Assembly: GCA_030704615.1 (NCBI GenBank)
Contig: CM060732.1
Coordinates: 17,236,001-17,300,000, forward strand
Direction of reading: 5' to 3'
Origin: Takakia lepidozioides
Taxonomy: Eukaryota > Plantae > Bryophyta
Length of the DNA stretch: 64,000 bases
The notes below the pieces were generated by a model. It did not search any database, was not told where the DNA came from, and was given only the letters and a program-made list of their open reading frames with translations. This document shows positions 1 through 13,616 of the stretch, piece after piece. A program made the translations under genes and the position numbers. Position 1 is the first letter of the stretch. Each line of letters starts with the position of its first letter.

Positions 1-1689
1 CCAAGTGGCTTTTGCTCTTCGCACCTTGCAACCTGGATCAACTGATGGTGTTATGTAGTCGCCAAAAAACCAACCTAAATCAAGTCTCGTAGCGTGGGTA
101 CGGCAGGCTCTGTGTGGAAAAGGGAACCTTCACCGAATGCCCACGCAGGTTTATCAAATAACTACTGTAGCCGCCCACACCTAGTAATGCAAAATTTCAT
201 CACAAGTAGGTTGCTGCTACGCAGCTGGCTACGGGCTGGCCTTTCGCTGTGTTCACCCACTAGGCTTCCTTCCTTGGACACCCATGCGACGACTTATGCC
301 TCCAATCATAAGCTACAGATGTCTTTTGAATTGTTAACTCTCACCTTGGCACCCTCGTACCTGAGAAACGCCGATCTCACTGAAGACATTTCTATTGATT
401 TAAAGGCAATTCTAGGACGTGAAGTGAAGTTCAACAACAAGTCGAAACCCAAAAAAAAAAACGATTAAGGCAATGCAGGGGCCACCGTGTTCACAAACCG
501 TGTCCTGATCGACATTGCCCAATGACTTGAAAATTTCTAGCTTATTTCACAACTTGGTTCAGCGGCAGTGTTTAATTAAAAAACCTCCTCTTTTCCATCG
601 GCAGGGAATAATCGTGGCAGCTCCTCTTCTTGCCCAAACCCATCTGAGCCAGAAATTTTTGTACCCGAGTATCGTCCAACGCTACTGCCAGCCACCTTAG
701 ACCACCTTAAAATTTTCATTGAAGTGGCTCATGACGATAATCCCCAATCTCGGCTGCCCCTTGCTTCGTCAGTTTATGAAAGCCCCAGTATATTCTAATT
801 TGCAATGACTACTATGATGTCTGCTGCCCCAATCGAATATCCGACCAAGTGATCTAGCTTTCGCAACATTTTATGAAGACAAAATTCCACGAGACAACTT
901 TGTTGTTTTCACCAACTTGCCGAGCAACAGTCGACCTCTGGCCCTGTGTCGACAATCATGACTAAATGACGAAGATAGCTCCAAGGGCAGCTGATCCAAC
1001 CAGAGCAGGATAGTCTAAGCAACATCTACATGCCACATAGCGAAATATATGTACGCATATCCACCAAACGGCCAGTACCCTCAACCAGCTTCATGCTCCG
1101 CCTTATAGCGTCAAATACACATATCGAGTTCTGATGCCATAATGATTCAACATCCACTGATTAACCACAAAAAGGTCGCTCGCGTTGAACCTGACAAACT
1201 GGTTGATACGACAGCAAGTTCCGTAACCAAGCGGTGGCCGTACAACAATCGCCGCTCCCTCTTAATCACTTAACAACGTTCCATCTAACTAAAGAGTGCC
1301 TGAATGCCAGTAATCTCTACAACCTTGCCATCACAAGCTTCAAAACCAACTAAATTCGTATTTGGCACTCACAGATGCAAGCACAACTCTTTCTTGAGTG
1401 AAAGAGTAACTTACACAAACCACAACCTGTAAGCTTTGCATTAAACAAATCTCCACTCATCATAGGAGTCGAGCCAAGTGCACCCTATGATATGGGGAAT
1501 CCAATACTACAACGCCATAGCCATACGCGGAAGGCTCAACTCAAGAAAGTTGAGCCTCACCGCGTCTGCCGCCCTAGATGCCTAAACATATCTTGACCCT
1601 TGGATTGATACTTGTGCCAAGCCCAAGTGTCAATATATTCCATTTATTTTCTAGATAGTTTCACACTAATGTTAAACTAGTTAGTTTTA

Positions 1690-3480
1690 CTAATTTCACT
1701 AGTATAAAAACCACTTGACAAAATATTGGTATGATTTGACAATCTCAATTTCCTGTTGGTTGAAAATGAATCTGCGGTCCGCCTGGCCATTGAAAACCAT
1801 GATTTTGGTTTTGCTAAGATTGACTTGCAACCCATAGTCTTTGGAAAACTCTTCCAAGATGCAAAGATGGCGTTGCAGGAAGACAGGAGATTGTGCCAAG
1901 AGGGCAACACCATCAGCGTAGAGAAGATCTAATTGCATTGGTCCCCCATCCAACAACACCCCAACTCCATGGTTTTTTGAGATGTAACCCTCCAAAGCGT
2001 CAATGTAGATCCCGAAAAAGGTAGGTGAGAGGGGGCAGCCCTGTTTGACCCCAATGTTGATCTGCTGAGCATTCCCCCGCAACGTTGACCATGCCAATGA
2101 CAATCTCATACATGGAAGAGATGGCATATAGGATGTCCGGAGGGACTCCCACGCTATGGAGCCATTGGAAAAGAAGGTCTCGAGGAATTGAATCAAAAGC
2201 CTTTCAAAAGTCTACGAAGCAAACATACACCATTTTTTTGTCATACCTTGTTTTACCACAGTCTGAAGAGTGAAAATGTGGTCAAGAGTGGATCTGTTGC
2301 GACGAAAACCTGCTTGCCCCATAGCAAGCATGTGAGAGGATTCAGCCCAATCAACCAGTTCCAATACTACTACTCCCCCAAACAGTTTAGTCAGTAACGA
2401 AGACACCATAATTGTGCGATAATTGGTCGGTGCGAACCTGTTAGCATTCTTGAAGAAGGGATGATGGTCTTTGTTTACTCTGTTGGAAAGCCATGTTGCA
2501 CTGCTTCATTGAAGAGGTGTGTTGTAAATGGGGGTTTTGTTGCCACATGCTTGATGAATTCACTCTGTAGCCTTGATATATCCAATGTCATGTCATTTCG
2601 CAACTTCTTGACTGCCTTGCTGATATTGGCTGCAGTGAAGAAAGATAAGTGTAGGGGTTTGGAGGTTATGGTAAGGGGAGATTGGCTTGGGGAGTGATAC
2701 AATGACTGAGCATACTTATGCTCGACGTGAATGTCAGTGATTGGGGGTGGGTCTCTATGAGGTTTTAGGAGGGACCAAAAGGTACGAGGAAAAAGCCTGA
2801 CCTTTGCAAAGAAAATAGATTGCAGCTTGAGACTGTAGGCTCTCTTTTTGGATCTAATGAGGCACATATAGTGCTTGAGAGCTTGGTTTTTGGAATCTGG
2901 AGAAGAATCATGGATATCACAGAGCAGAAATTTGATGTGACGTCTAGCAACTTTGCATTCTTCGTCATAAAATGGTGCATATCTATGAGTGGAGAAAGGT
3001 GGAGAGGTAGATGGGAAGGTGATTGTGAAGGATCGCAGGGCTGGGTTCCAAAGAGCGTGAGTGAGATAAGAAGCCTTATCATTAGTAGATGGTAAATTCA
3101 TGATGGAGGGGAGGATTGCCGCTAGGCATGTTTCATATTCGACGTCGTGTGACTGAGTGAAAGGAATATTAAAGTGAATACGTGGGTGTGAAAGGAGAGA
3201 AGCGGAGGAGTCTTTCATGGGGTAAGAGATGGAAGGAACTACAAAGGAAAGGCAAGAGTGATCAGAATCCGGGTACCTCATAATGTTAAAAGAGCTAACC
3301 CTATCAATTGTGTTGGGGCTCCCCAAGAGATAGTTGACCACGCTTTGTCCCTTGTACGTGTGGCAGGTGAACTGATTGGAGGATTTGTAGTTGGTAGTGC
3401 CATTGTAGATGACAAACCCTTGAACCTCACAAAATTTGAGTAGATGATGACCATAACTTGTGATTTCACTAGACACATCG
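1690..3480 (-). pseudogene. LINE ORF2 remnant (endonuclease C-terminal part + reverse transcriptase), RTE/RTE-X-like
   Basis: ORFs 2475-3506, 2212-2409 and 1699-2196 contain YPDSDH (APE), QAGFRRNRSTLDHIF, GVKQGCPLSPTFF, LLYADG (YADD variant) and GLQVNLSKTK. Frameshifted. Confidence 0.9.
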
Positions 3481-3640
3481 AAACTGAAGAACGTTCTTTC
3501 CTTCACTGTCCTCTCTACTATGAGATCCGTCGGAGATTTTTTTGTCTATTCTGAGATACCCAATCTCTCATAGTCTTCTTCCATTACAAGGATCAGAAAT
3601 GCTTAGCAGCATATCTCCATGAGGCATCGACTTTTAAATG
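3480..3640 (+). pseudogene. LINE ORF2 C-terminal zinc-knuckle fragment, opposite orientation
   Basis: Plus strand reads ETEERSFLHCPLYYEIRRRFF...KDQKCLAAYLHEA, resembling the Cys/His end of LINE ORF2. Confidence 0.55.
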
Positions 3641-3689
3641 ATCCCTCGAACAATAGTTATTTTTGGGTTGCTTGTGGATAGCCCCTCTG

Positions 3690-5525
3690 CCTCTCTTAGA
3701 TGGGAGGGTGACTGGGAAGGATCACAGGGCTGAGTCCCAAAGAGAGTGAGTGAAATAGGAAGCCTTGTCATTAGTAGATGGTGGATTCATGATGGAGGGG
3801 TGACGCTAGGCATGTTTTATATTCGGCGTCGTGTAAGTGAGTGAAGGGAGTATTAAAGTGAATACGTGGGTGTGAAAAGAGAGAAGCAGATGAGTCTTTC
3901 ACGGGGTAAGAGATGAAAGGAATTGCAAAGGAAATGCAAGAGTGATCAGAAACCAGGTACCTCGTAATGTAAAAAGAGCTAACCCTATCAGTTGTGTTGA
4001 GGCTCCCCAAGAGATAGTCGACCACGCTTTGTCCCTTGTATGTGTGGCAAGTGAACTAATTGGAGGATTTGTAATTGGTAGTGCCATTGTAGATGACAAG
4101 CCTTTGAACCTCACAAAATTTGAATAGATGGTGACCATAACTTGTGATTTCACTAGAGACATCTGCACTTTGCCTTTCCAAGGCCATATGTGAGTGTTGG
4201 ATGTGAAGAGGGTCTGTGGGGTTGAAGGTTGGGGCCTAGAGCGATCCTATACGGACGTTGAAATTTTCAACCAAAAATGCGTCTATGTGTGGGGTACGGA
4301 GACCGCGGGACATATCCTCTTCCAATGGAACATACAGCTAATCTGTTCGCATGGTGAAGGCCACTGTGTGGAGATGCAACTAGGGCAAAATAACATCCCG
4401 CCAATAAAATGTTTGGTTGAGGGTTGTAGCCCTTGATGTGACACCAAATGTACTTTGCCAATGGGTCTTTGTATGGGAAAGAAATGTATGGTAGAAGCCA
4501 ATCAGCAAAGTAACAAGCGACTCCACCAGAGCCTTTAAGACATGTGCTTGGACGAGTCAATGCCTGAAAGCTATATCCGAGAACAGAAGGAGGGTCATTT
4601 CCTTCATACGCATGTGTTTCCAAAAGAAAAAGAATATCACACTTTGAGAGGATATCAAGAAGCCCTTGCAGATGGTTCCACAATGAGCCATTGCAGTTCC
4701 ATGAGCCGAAGTTCAGATGCGAGCGTGCGTTGGTTTCATGGGGCCCCAACCCCTATTTAGAATTAGAGGGGCGACGTTCTTGCTGTCAAATGATGACCCT
4801 CCCATCTCTATAAACATTATAGTGCCCCTGTGCTCGAGTCTGTTTAACCTAATAGAGTTGAGCCCGCATGGCATTGTATTGCATGGGGGTCAAATCACCG
4901 TTGAGGTACATTCCCTGTCCTCTCAATTGAGGCCTCTGTCTAAGAACCCTATCCCGGGCACCTTTATATTTGAATCTTATGAACAAGCTTTTGTGCTCCG
5001 AAGTTCCTGCATGCCAAGCCCGTTCAATGCCACTCGCTCCCCATGGTTGAGCAAGGTTTTATTGAAGGAGGGTGGTGGCCGCAGGTCTCCCTTTGCAAGG
5101 GTATATAGTTGACCTGTGACCCGGATGTTCAGGGTTTTGTAAGCCCGTTGCTACTCCTCATGCAAAGTGGCTGAAACTGTTTCTTCCAAATGGGAACTCT
5201 TGTTGGCCGGTGCTGTGCTGCCCTTAATAATGTTAGCCCAAGAGGAAGCCTCTACCTTATGGTCCTCGAGTTCCCGAGCCATTGTAGACGTCGCTACCTT
5301 GTGGGTCTCCAAATATTTACTGAGGGTTAGCGCTTGCTGATGAATACTCGCCGTGAGGGGCGTCTCCGAAGCACGACTGTGCACCATTCGCTCTATAGGA
5401 CCGAGTTTGTCTTTGAGAGTCTTTTCAAAGTCTATTATCAGAGCACCTAGATCCTTTTCCACTTTGGCCAAGCGACCTGAGAGGTCCCTCTCTGTGAGGG
5501 ACCTCACTTCACCCTCAAGCAACGG
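3690..5525 (-). mobile_element. LINE 5' half: ORF1 (coiled coil) + APE endonuclease
   Basis: 5151-5522 is a coiled-coil ORF. 4267-4749 reads GSWNCNGSL..DILFLLETH (APE motifs). 3690-4165 is a near-duplicate of 3000-3480. Confidence 0.8.
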
Positions 5526-6187
5526 TGGCCCTGATGGCCATGGGACAAAGCAGAAGTAGAAACCCCAAACATAGCTATAAGCAGAAAGAAAAAGGGAGAT
5601 TCGTTACCTGGGAGGCCCAAAGAGACACACTAGGACAACACATATGAAGGAGTTCCAAACCAAAAACCCCTAGCTTGGATGCAGAAAGGAAGGAAATTAG
5701 CTTTTTGATTCAGCTGCAAGCCCAAAGGGCTCAAGGGATACATAAACCAACATTGCAAAACACGAAACGGTGTACCTGCACTTCAGACTGAAGGCCTCTG
5801 ACAAGGACTAGCTTTAACTGGACAATACTATCATCCTTTGTTTTATTGTGTACTCTGCTTGGGAAAGGAAGTGGGTACTCCTTTTTCATATAGGTTGCAT
5901 ATTATCGCTGACGCAAACTGTCCTGTTGGGCTATCTGAATCCCTCAATTGTGTAAACCGTTTCCCAAAGGCTTACTGAGGAATGCGGTAAACCTCTAGTA
6001 AGTCATCCGAGCAATGAGGTTAAGTGGAGTTCTGGGCCATGTTGCTTGCACATGAGTTTACTCAAGGTCCCATCGCAGAAATTCATGGGTTTCCATCCTT
6101 GCGAATAAGTTAATGCATTGCATTCATAACCTGTGGTAAGTTGTATTACAGCTGACAAAGCTTATTGAAAACATCTATAATTCAAAG

Positions 6188-9100
6188 ATAGTCGCGGATG
6201 CTGTTGATGATGCTCAAGAGAATGAAAGGCAGACTGCGTGTGAGTTTGTGTACGACTTTATGCTCAACTCTTATGGGCTTAAAGGCCTGGCAGAGTCAGC
6301 TGTCCATGGAGTTTTCAAAAAAATCAAGCAACTCATTGTCAACAAGGGTATCGACAAATCCCATAGGGTAAGGTCAACAAGCCCAAATCTGACTGAGGCA
6401 GGGTAAGGCCTTTAAGGATGAGTCTCCTGATGTGCTGAACTTGTTACATAAATAGGAATGAACTGAAATGGACTTTGTATATAAATAGAAAGAATGAAGG
6501 AAAGAATACCCAGTCGTTATGGACAAACATGATGTGCATATGTCAAAAATGCTAGATTCAATCATCTGAATAAAACTCTCCTGGCAGGTGAGGCTATTCC
6601 AACGGTTTTGTGGCTATGATCCTCTCAGAGGATATTCAGAGCAGGACCTGTATCTCTACCTCAAGGTCCTTGCAAAAGCAAATAGCAGAATAGGTATGTT
6701 AATTCCAGCTGACGTGGACGATGGCATCAGCTTCATCAACTGCGCACAGATTGACTATTTGACAGAAGAACCGACCCTCCTTGCCCACTTCAAAGGCTCT
6801 CAGGAGGTTGCTTCTGACTTCCTTGAGCAGTTTGCTGCAGCAAATGCTACCCTGGAGAAGACTTCGAGTGAGGTGAAAGCTCCTCCCTTCATCTATAATT
6901 GATTTGTGGTATCCGATTTTTAGATATTGGCAGCAATGACAGTTTCGGAAACATCACACGGGACAAACTCTTACTGCAGTTTAGAAGTAATTTTTATGGC
7001 TTCATCCTGGCTTCATTCACACTTGCAGGTACATGACTATAGATATCTGATGTGGCATCACTATCTGCAGGTGTAACATATCTGTTGTTCACACTTGGTC
7101 ATGGCTATCCCATGTGGCTCAGCCAAGTGCCACATAGGATAGCTGAATATTAGAGATAGCTGTGGCAGGTAGCACTCTAGTGTAAAATTCAAAGCTATCT
7201 TAACCCCTGCTCAGAGCAGGGCCTATATACTCTGTTGCTGATACCTGCAAATGTGAATGCCAATAGGTTAAGCAAATATTTTACCCTTGTGCAGCTGGCC
7301 ATGTGGCAATTTGTCACAGATAGGATACCTGTAAGGAAAATAGCTATCTGCTAGTGTGAATCAGATAGTGTGAATCAGTTGCTTTTGGTTTCTTGGCTGA
7401 TTTGTTAGCTAAAGGCATTTTTGTGATGGTGACAGGTGCAAAAACTTGTAAAATTAACCCAAGTGAAAAAACTTGACTTTGACCTTCTGATGGAGGCCAT
7501 TATTGAGGTCCAGCCCCACAAGGTTAGAGTGCTTCCCATTCAACTGAGCAGAGTCCCGGTGGCACAGAAGTTCCAAAAACTCAAGTTCTTTATACATGAT
7601 ATGTCTTCACTGCCTCTGTGTGAGAAACTTCCAAGGATTTGGTTTTTTATGTGGGATCTTCGGGCTGATTTCTGCCTCGTCCTCCTGCTTTCCTGACTGA
7701 CAACGTCACAGGTAGTGCGATTTATGTGGAAAAGAACGTACTCATAAGACGTTTGCCATAGCCTTGTGGCCATAGACCCTGCGCCCAGTTTGGGCAGAAC
7801 AAGAGGAAACAGACACTATCTCTTTGTGAGGGGCTCCAGTAGTGGGACTTACCTTGACATAAACAACTAGTTTGGGCTTTCCAGATGTGCTCTAGAAATC
7901 CCTTCACACAGCTGCCCAGCAACTAGACCCAACAAGGCCAGGGCTTACAGAGCTTACGGGAAGAGAGAAAGCATGAAACAAGAATGAGAGGAGGGGCCCT
8001 CAACAAACATTTCTGATCCTCGTAATGGAAGACCTCTTGGGTATCACTGAATGAAGAAGAGAGAGCGAATAAAAGGAAGTTTTATCGTGCACTGATTTTC
8101 AGAGGCACTGTTACAATTGAAAGAAACACAGGGAAGACAATTTTTTTATTTTTGAAAAACAAACATGACACATTTTGTTTCGGGTCTTTTGGGATCTAGG
8201 ATCCGCATTCGTCAGATGTGTGTCAAAGTGGTATGTCCTGCAATCCCAAATGTCAATCAGCTTTTGAGAAAACGGCAAGATGTAGATTGAAACCCTGCCA
8301 CTGCTGTCTGCTAGTCAGGCTTTGTTGGCAGTTGTCATAGATCAGTACGAGAATTGGTCAAAGCAAAAGGAGGTCAGAAACTATTCTTTATCCTCAGCAT
8401 GAGACTTACCGATTGGGTTCCTTTTTCCCCAACTGGTTAACCTGGGTTAACTTCCCTGGAAACTTCAGCCTTGCCCCTTCAGCCAAGGCCCTTCACCTTT
8501 GGGTCCCTTGCTCAACACATGCCCCTTTCGATGAAGCTTCAACTCACGTGTTCACCTATGACCTGCCTTGGCCATGCTAATCTTAGCCTCATCTCTTACA
8601 CTGAATTCTTTTGGACATGAGTTGAGAGACGAAGAAGAAAAGAAAGAAACTTGGAACATCCACAGGGTTCCCCAGAGGGACAGAGCTTTTGTATTCCTCA
8701 AGGGAAGGTTAGGACTCTTTAAATTCAGGAACAACATGAGTTTCCGTTGCGTTCCTTCTATTCTTCTGGTGAGGATTTTTGGTTCATTGTCTTGCAATAC
8801 ACGCACAGAGCCACCATCTTCATTCTCTTCCTGACGGCTTCTACGTTAAATTCAGGTCTTGGATCTGTTTATGGCCTTGAGGGCTTCTTTCCTCTTTGGC
8901 ATTTCTTGTCATTGTGGTGTCTCAGCTTTGTTGAGGTGTTTGTGAAATTGTTTCTAGTTATAACAGTTTATCTGGGGTCTTGCCCCTGCCCTCGTGGAAG
9001 AACTAAAAAGGAGAGACCATGAGAGATGGAGAAACCGTTCAAAGTCAGCTCTCAAAGAACTGTTATTACCTGTGATGTAATGGCTGCAGGAGACCAAGAA

Positions 9101-10529
9101 AGAAGCAAAATTGAAGCCTATTGCCAAGGCCCCCCCCCTCACCAAAGAGGAGGTCAGATCCTCTGACCTGTGGCACTTTTCTTCCCACTAACGCTATTGT
9201 CATGTGAAGTTCTCATCGTTGGTCTACATCATGTACATTTGATGGTGATGCATGTGTTTGAGTTTGAAGGTGGATTCGTTGTGGGAGAAATGAAATGGTA
9301 CTTTATAATGTCCGCAGAAAGCTCAAAGAGCTTATGACGAGAAAGAGAGAGGGGCCAAGCAGCCCAAAAGCAAATGTTGCTCAAGGGATTGCCTAAGAGT
9401 CAACTCCTTATGCAGGAGAAAGAAACAAGAAAGAGGGAGGGGCCCATAGAAAGAACCTTTATAATGTCCAGAGAGGGCCACAAGGGTCCATGCAGAGAGA
9501 GAAATTTAGGACGTCCACAGGGGCTCAAGAAGTCCCGAGAGAATTGTATTCATTACTTGAACCAGGAAGGGAATGTCTGGCAGGATACAGATTAACACTG
9601 AACTTTTGCTGATCATAGCCTTGTGACATGTGCAACTGCTTTCATTGTTTGTTATGGGGTCCAAAAAGCACTTATGGCAATCCATTGACATATTGAAGTT
9701 CCTTTCTGCTTCTACCACATGATGTTGGCAGAGATTGGAACTGGAGAATCTCTTCATAGCTGGCGATGCAAACCAGGATGGTGTCTTGACTTTTTCGGAG
9801 TTCCGTGAGATCATAAGCTCTGCTGATGCATCTGTCTCCACACAAGATGCCTTGCGGATGTTCAGAGAGACCTTACTCCTCATGCCTGATGGGGGAGATA
9901 ACATCAGTCCTTCAGCCTTTGCAACTGTTTCTCATGCACATGGAATTACAGCTCCCTCAAATGTCATATTTGATCTACTCAGGAAGACATGGCTGCAGGT
10001 TAGATATAACTGTGCAATGCTTCATAGTGTCTTGTCTAGTTTCTCTTGTTTTTCATAAGGTTAAACCCTTGTGGTGATATAAGAGTCGAAAGCTTTTTGC
10101 ACATCGTATTGGGTTGTAATTTGCAATCTATTTGAGATATCTGAGCATAGGGCACCACATTCGAGTTTGAAGATGAATAAGGGATGATTATAGGGATGGG
10201 TTCACTTGAGAGCACGCTCTGAGTCCAGCATCGCTACTGTACACCTATCCTAACATAGAGAAGCACTCTACCAACATCTAAAGACCGTGTTGAAATGAGT
10301 CGTCCAGATCCAGGATGACATAAATGAGGAAAAGACAAATGAGGAAGTAGCGAAGAATCGGGCAGAAGAGTTGCGCGCGTCTTTATTGGATATGTTGGAG
10401 GAGAGCTTGGATATCAACCGAGCAGTACAAACTTTCCGCACCTTTGTTCTCGAATTTTGTGGAGATATAGGCAAAGAAAAAGCGCAGGATGTAGAGGGAA
10501 TTGATGACGGTGAAGGTGATAGTTCCTAA
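6188..10529 (+). CDS. Spliced host gene, 3' part, EF-hand-containing protein. Exons approx. 6188-6367, 6588-6872, 7436-7507 (or 7522), 9732-9998, 10308-10529; other exons probably missed.
   Basis: AG/GT-bounded phase-0 open exons. EF-hand LFIAGDANQDGVLTFSEFREII. Also EFVYDFMLNSYGLKGLAE. Stop TAA at 10527-10529. Start not identified. Confidence 0.8.
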
Positions 10530-11799
10530 TGAATATATCACAGCCAATTCAAAACCCTTCTGCTCAAAATTTCTTTGGGCAGGTTTTTGCATTCAATGTG
10601 GATTATACGCTCAAATATGTCAAAAATGTGAGAAGTTTTTCCAAGAAAGTTTAAGCAAAATGACCATTTCTAGGTTTGGTAATCATAAACATATGAGCAA
10701 GAGGGAACACACTACCTAGACATCTGATTTGAGTTTAAGGCTGGGATTATCGATATGGTCGCAGGATCTGAAGAGCATGAGAAGAGAAATTTTAAAATAC
10801 AATGTTAACTATGTCATGGTCTTCATCATACTTGATTGTTTGAACTGTTGAGTATATATATATAACGTCAACCGGAGTTAGCGTAACTAAGAGCCTCTTC
10901 CCCGTGCGGGTAGAAAGTGCACATATATACTACGATCAGTTGACCACTTTCAAGTTTGTGCTTCTTCGGGGTTATAGCTTATTCAGGATTATCGCGGGAG
11001 AACATCTATGAACGTGGGAACTAGCCCATGAAAGGGATGGAGAACAACATGAATGCAATCGTCATTGCACACTAAAGAACCCCAATTGCTCTAGCAATCA
11101 GAAGACGATAAGCCAACAAACACAATAGCACTTGAAGAATATTTTGCTTATGTACTTGCGAAAGCCTATCATCATTTAAGCTGGGTGTATAGCTAGAACT
11201 ATGTAAGGTTCCAATAGGTTCCTCTACTGAGCAAAACCTAACACCCAGTCTATAGTGCTAGCCCTAAATCTGATTTCAGTTGGTCCCAGATGCCTTCAAA
11301 TAATTTGTAAGAACCCAACGACGCCGTGTGTTGATCATGTACTGAACCCCGACATCTGAGAGGAAGGAGACATAAAAAAAAACACCTACCATTAGCATCG
11401 CTCGTCAAAAACATTCCAAATAGATGCAATATTCGTCGAGGTGATGTCAGGAATTACTAGCCCGGAGAACGACAAATTCGGCTGCAAAGAGCTTTTGAGT
11501 ACCATTCACCCAAGATTGTTTGATGCTAGCCTGCCAAACCACAGACAAACAAAACTAAAATGAGAAAGATGGAGAGAGATGATCCCACCTCAAGTATGAT
11601 GTCGTGCACCTAAGCATCGTGCCACAACATACATCACTGCCTACCACACATTCTAAGCACACAATCCGAGAAAGCTATGCCACAATCGCCCTCCTAGCTG
11701 GTGATTAGGTCCCTCTAACACCGGATAGCCGACAAGTACTGATCCTAATTGGATCATCGTTTGGTGTTCAACCGCTCATGTCCCATTTTCTAAAGTCGA

Positions 11800-13463
11800 T
11801 AGATCAAGAGGTCGGGTACAAAAGTAGCCCCAACGTTCGTCACCTTCCTCCAATCCATGGCTTTCACTTGGGTACGATGGTGTTGAACTCCCACTAGCAA
11901 ACCTTGGGTCCATGTCAACCTCACCATTGTCATGCCTATTACCTCTGTCCCAGGCATCGTGGACATAACCATTCTCCGCTATGAACCTCCTCAAGTGGCG
12001 GTGTCAAGCATCTCATGTACCACCCCTTGAGCATTTATCACACACAAGCATGGTGGCGGCACCACCAGCATGCTCGTATAGTATGCAACGCAACCCTGCA
12101 GGTACCACTGCAAGGTTAGGATCTATCCTCCCATCCACATGTGGAAGGTGACATGTCGCACAATTACGCACATAGTCCTTCCATACCATGTCATCTTGAC
12201 CCTACAGTATCAACACTCTTGAAGGCAACACCTCACTGATCCTTAGAATCACACATCCTGCTGTGGCATCCAAGGTCGTAGGCGCTGTCTGCTGCAGATA
12301 CACATAGTCCCCAGGGTGAAAACGGTGAACCCTTGGCCGATATCCCCTTCCATGTATAGTGGCGTACCTCAATGTGTCTCGGTGTTGGGCAATAGCATTT
12401 GAGGTTCTCAAAAGCCATAGGCATGACTCTCTTGAACAACTCTATTTGTTGATCACACACTTGTGTCCATACATCCGGATCATCAAGGTTGAGGACTACT
12501 GCAACCTCCCTGTGAATAGATGCAGGCAAATCTAGCTCTTGGCCGAAGATAAGAAAGTAAGGTGAGAATGAGGCAAGTGACGCATGTTTGCTGAACCTGT
12601 AGCCCATAGCCAACCAAGGCAGCTGAAGGTCCCAATCTCCCATGTGTCCCTTCTGCAAACCATACTTGCGCAAACCCCTATTAACTAACTGAACAACTCC
12701 CTTTGCCAAGCCATCAGCCTCTGGATGATCCGAGAAGTAGTGATCTATCGAGGCTTGCTCATACAAAACGTGAAACTCCCCCAAGAACTCTTTCACCTGG
12801 TCCGTGAGTACCTCGGCTGGAGCACCAAATTATCGGTTAAGAACTCGATCTAAGAATGCATATGCAGCCCCCTTCACTTGCCCTGTCAAGCAACACTACC
12901 AATTCAATCCATTGGGAGAAATGTTTCACCATCACCAACACATACTTGTTATGGCAAATCGTTAGTGACAATGGCCTGCAAAGTCAAGACTCTAACGATA
13001 GTCCAAACCTATAATGGGTAAATGACGCAATTTGTGGAGTATGTGCGTTGAAAGAAGCCTGTACTCTATCACACAGCATGCACATTGTCACTAACTGTTG
13101 CACATCCATGTGCATGCTCCGCCGCCAGTACTGCCTTTGCAGCAAACTATAAGTACGTCGCACCCCAAAATGTCCCAACTCCTCATGGACATGGCATACA
13201 AATTGCGCTTGTTGTGTTGGACGAGGCACAATCCTCACTCGTCCATCCTCCCACACTCAGAGTAGGCACGAGTCCCCTCCCACTTGAACCTTTTGGCTCG
13301 TTCTAGGATCTGATCTCTCTCCTTGGCAGTCACACTAGTTATTGTCTCTCATGTACGAAGGTAGGCCAACACTATTGCATCTTCATGCACATCCTTAGCA
13401 CCACTAAGTTCCTCACTGATCTCTAGATCGTCATGCACACTATCTACATGACCAATCCCATGG
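11800..13463 (-). mobile_element. Ty3/Gypsy pol remnant: integrase with C-terminal PHD finger
   Basis: HEELGHFGVRRT..C..C integrase zinc finger (12984-13256) and HPEADGLA core (12233-12796). PHD MLVCDKCSRG/WYMRCLTPPLEEVHSGEWLCPRC at ~11950-12110. Cut at 13463 by a MULE terminus. Confidence 0.85.
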
Positions 13464-13616
13464 GGGGGCTGCTATTTCATGAGCGGCATGAGCATGAACG
13501 CAAAAAAAACAAAACATAAGCGGATCATTGTGTGTCCACAGAAATAGGGATAGGAGGCATGGAAATAGGGTCATATGAAGTTGGAATGTGGCACCACGGG
13601 ACTCATCATAGCAATG
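13464..13616. mobile_element. MULE terminus F (same end type as 36561 and 59943)
   Basis: GGGGGCTGCTATTTCATGAGC followed by CATGAGC and GGAAATAGGG motifs, collinear with 59943-60070 and with the reverse complement of 36430-36561. Confidence 0.85.

Noticed and set aside
1-1650. Short ORFs at the window start
   Set aside because: No recognisable motifs or splice pattern.
10860-11760. Possible LTR of the PHD-integrase Gypsy
   Set aside because: Could not fix TG...CA ends or a PPT, and no second copy is in the window.
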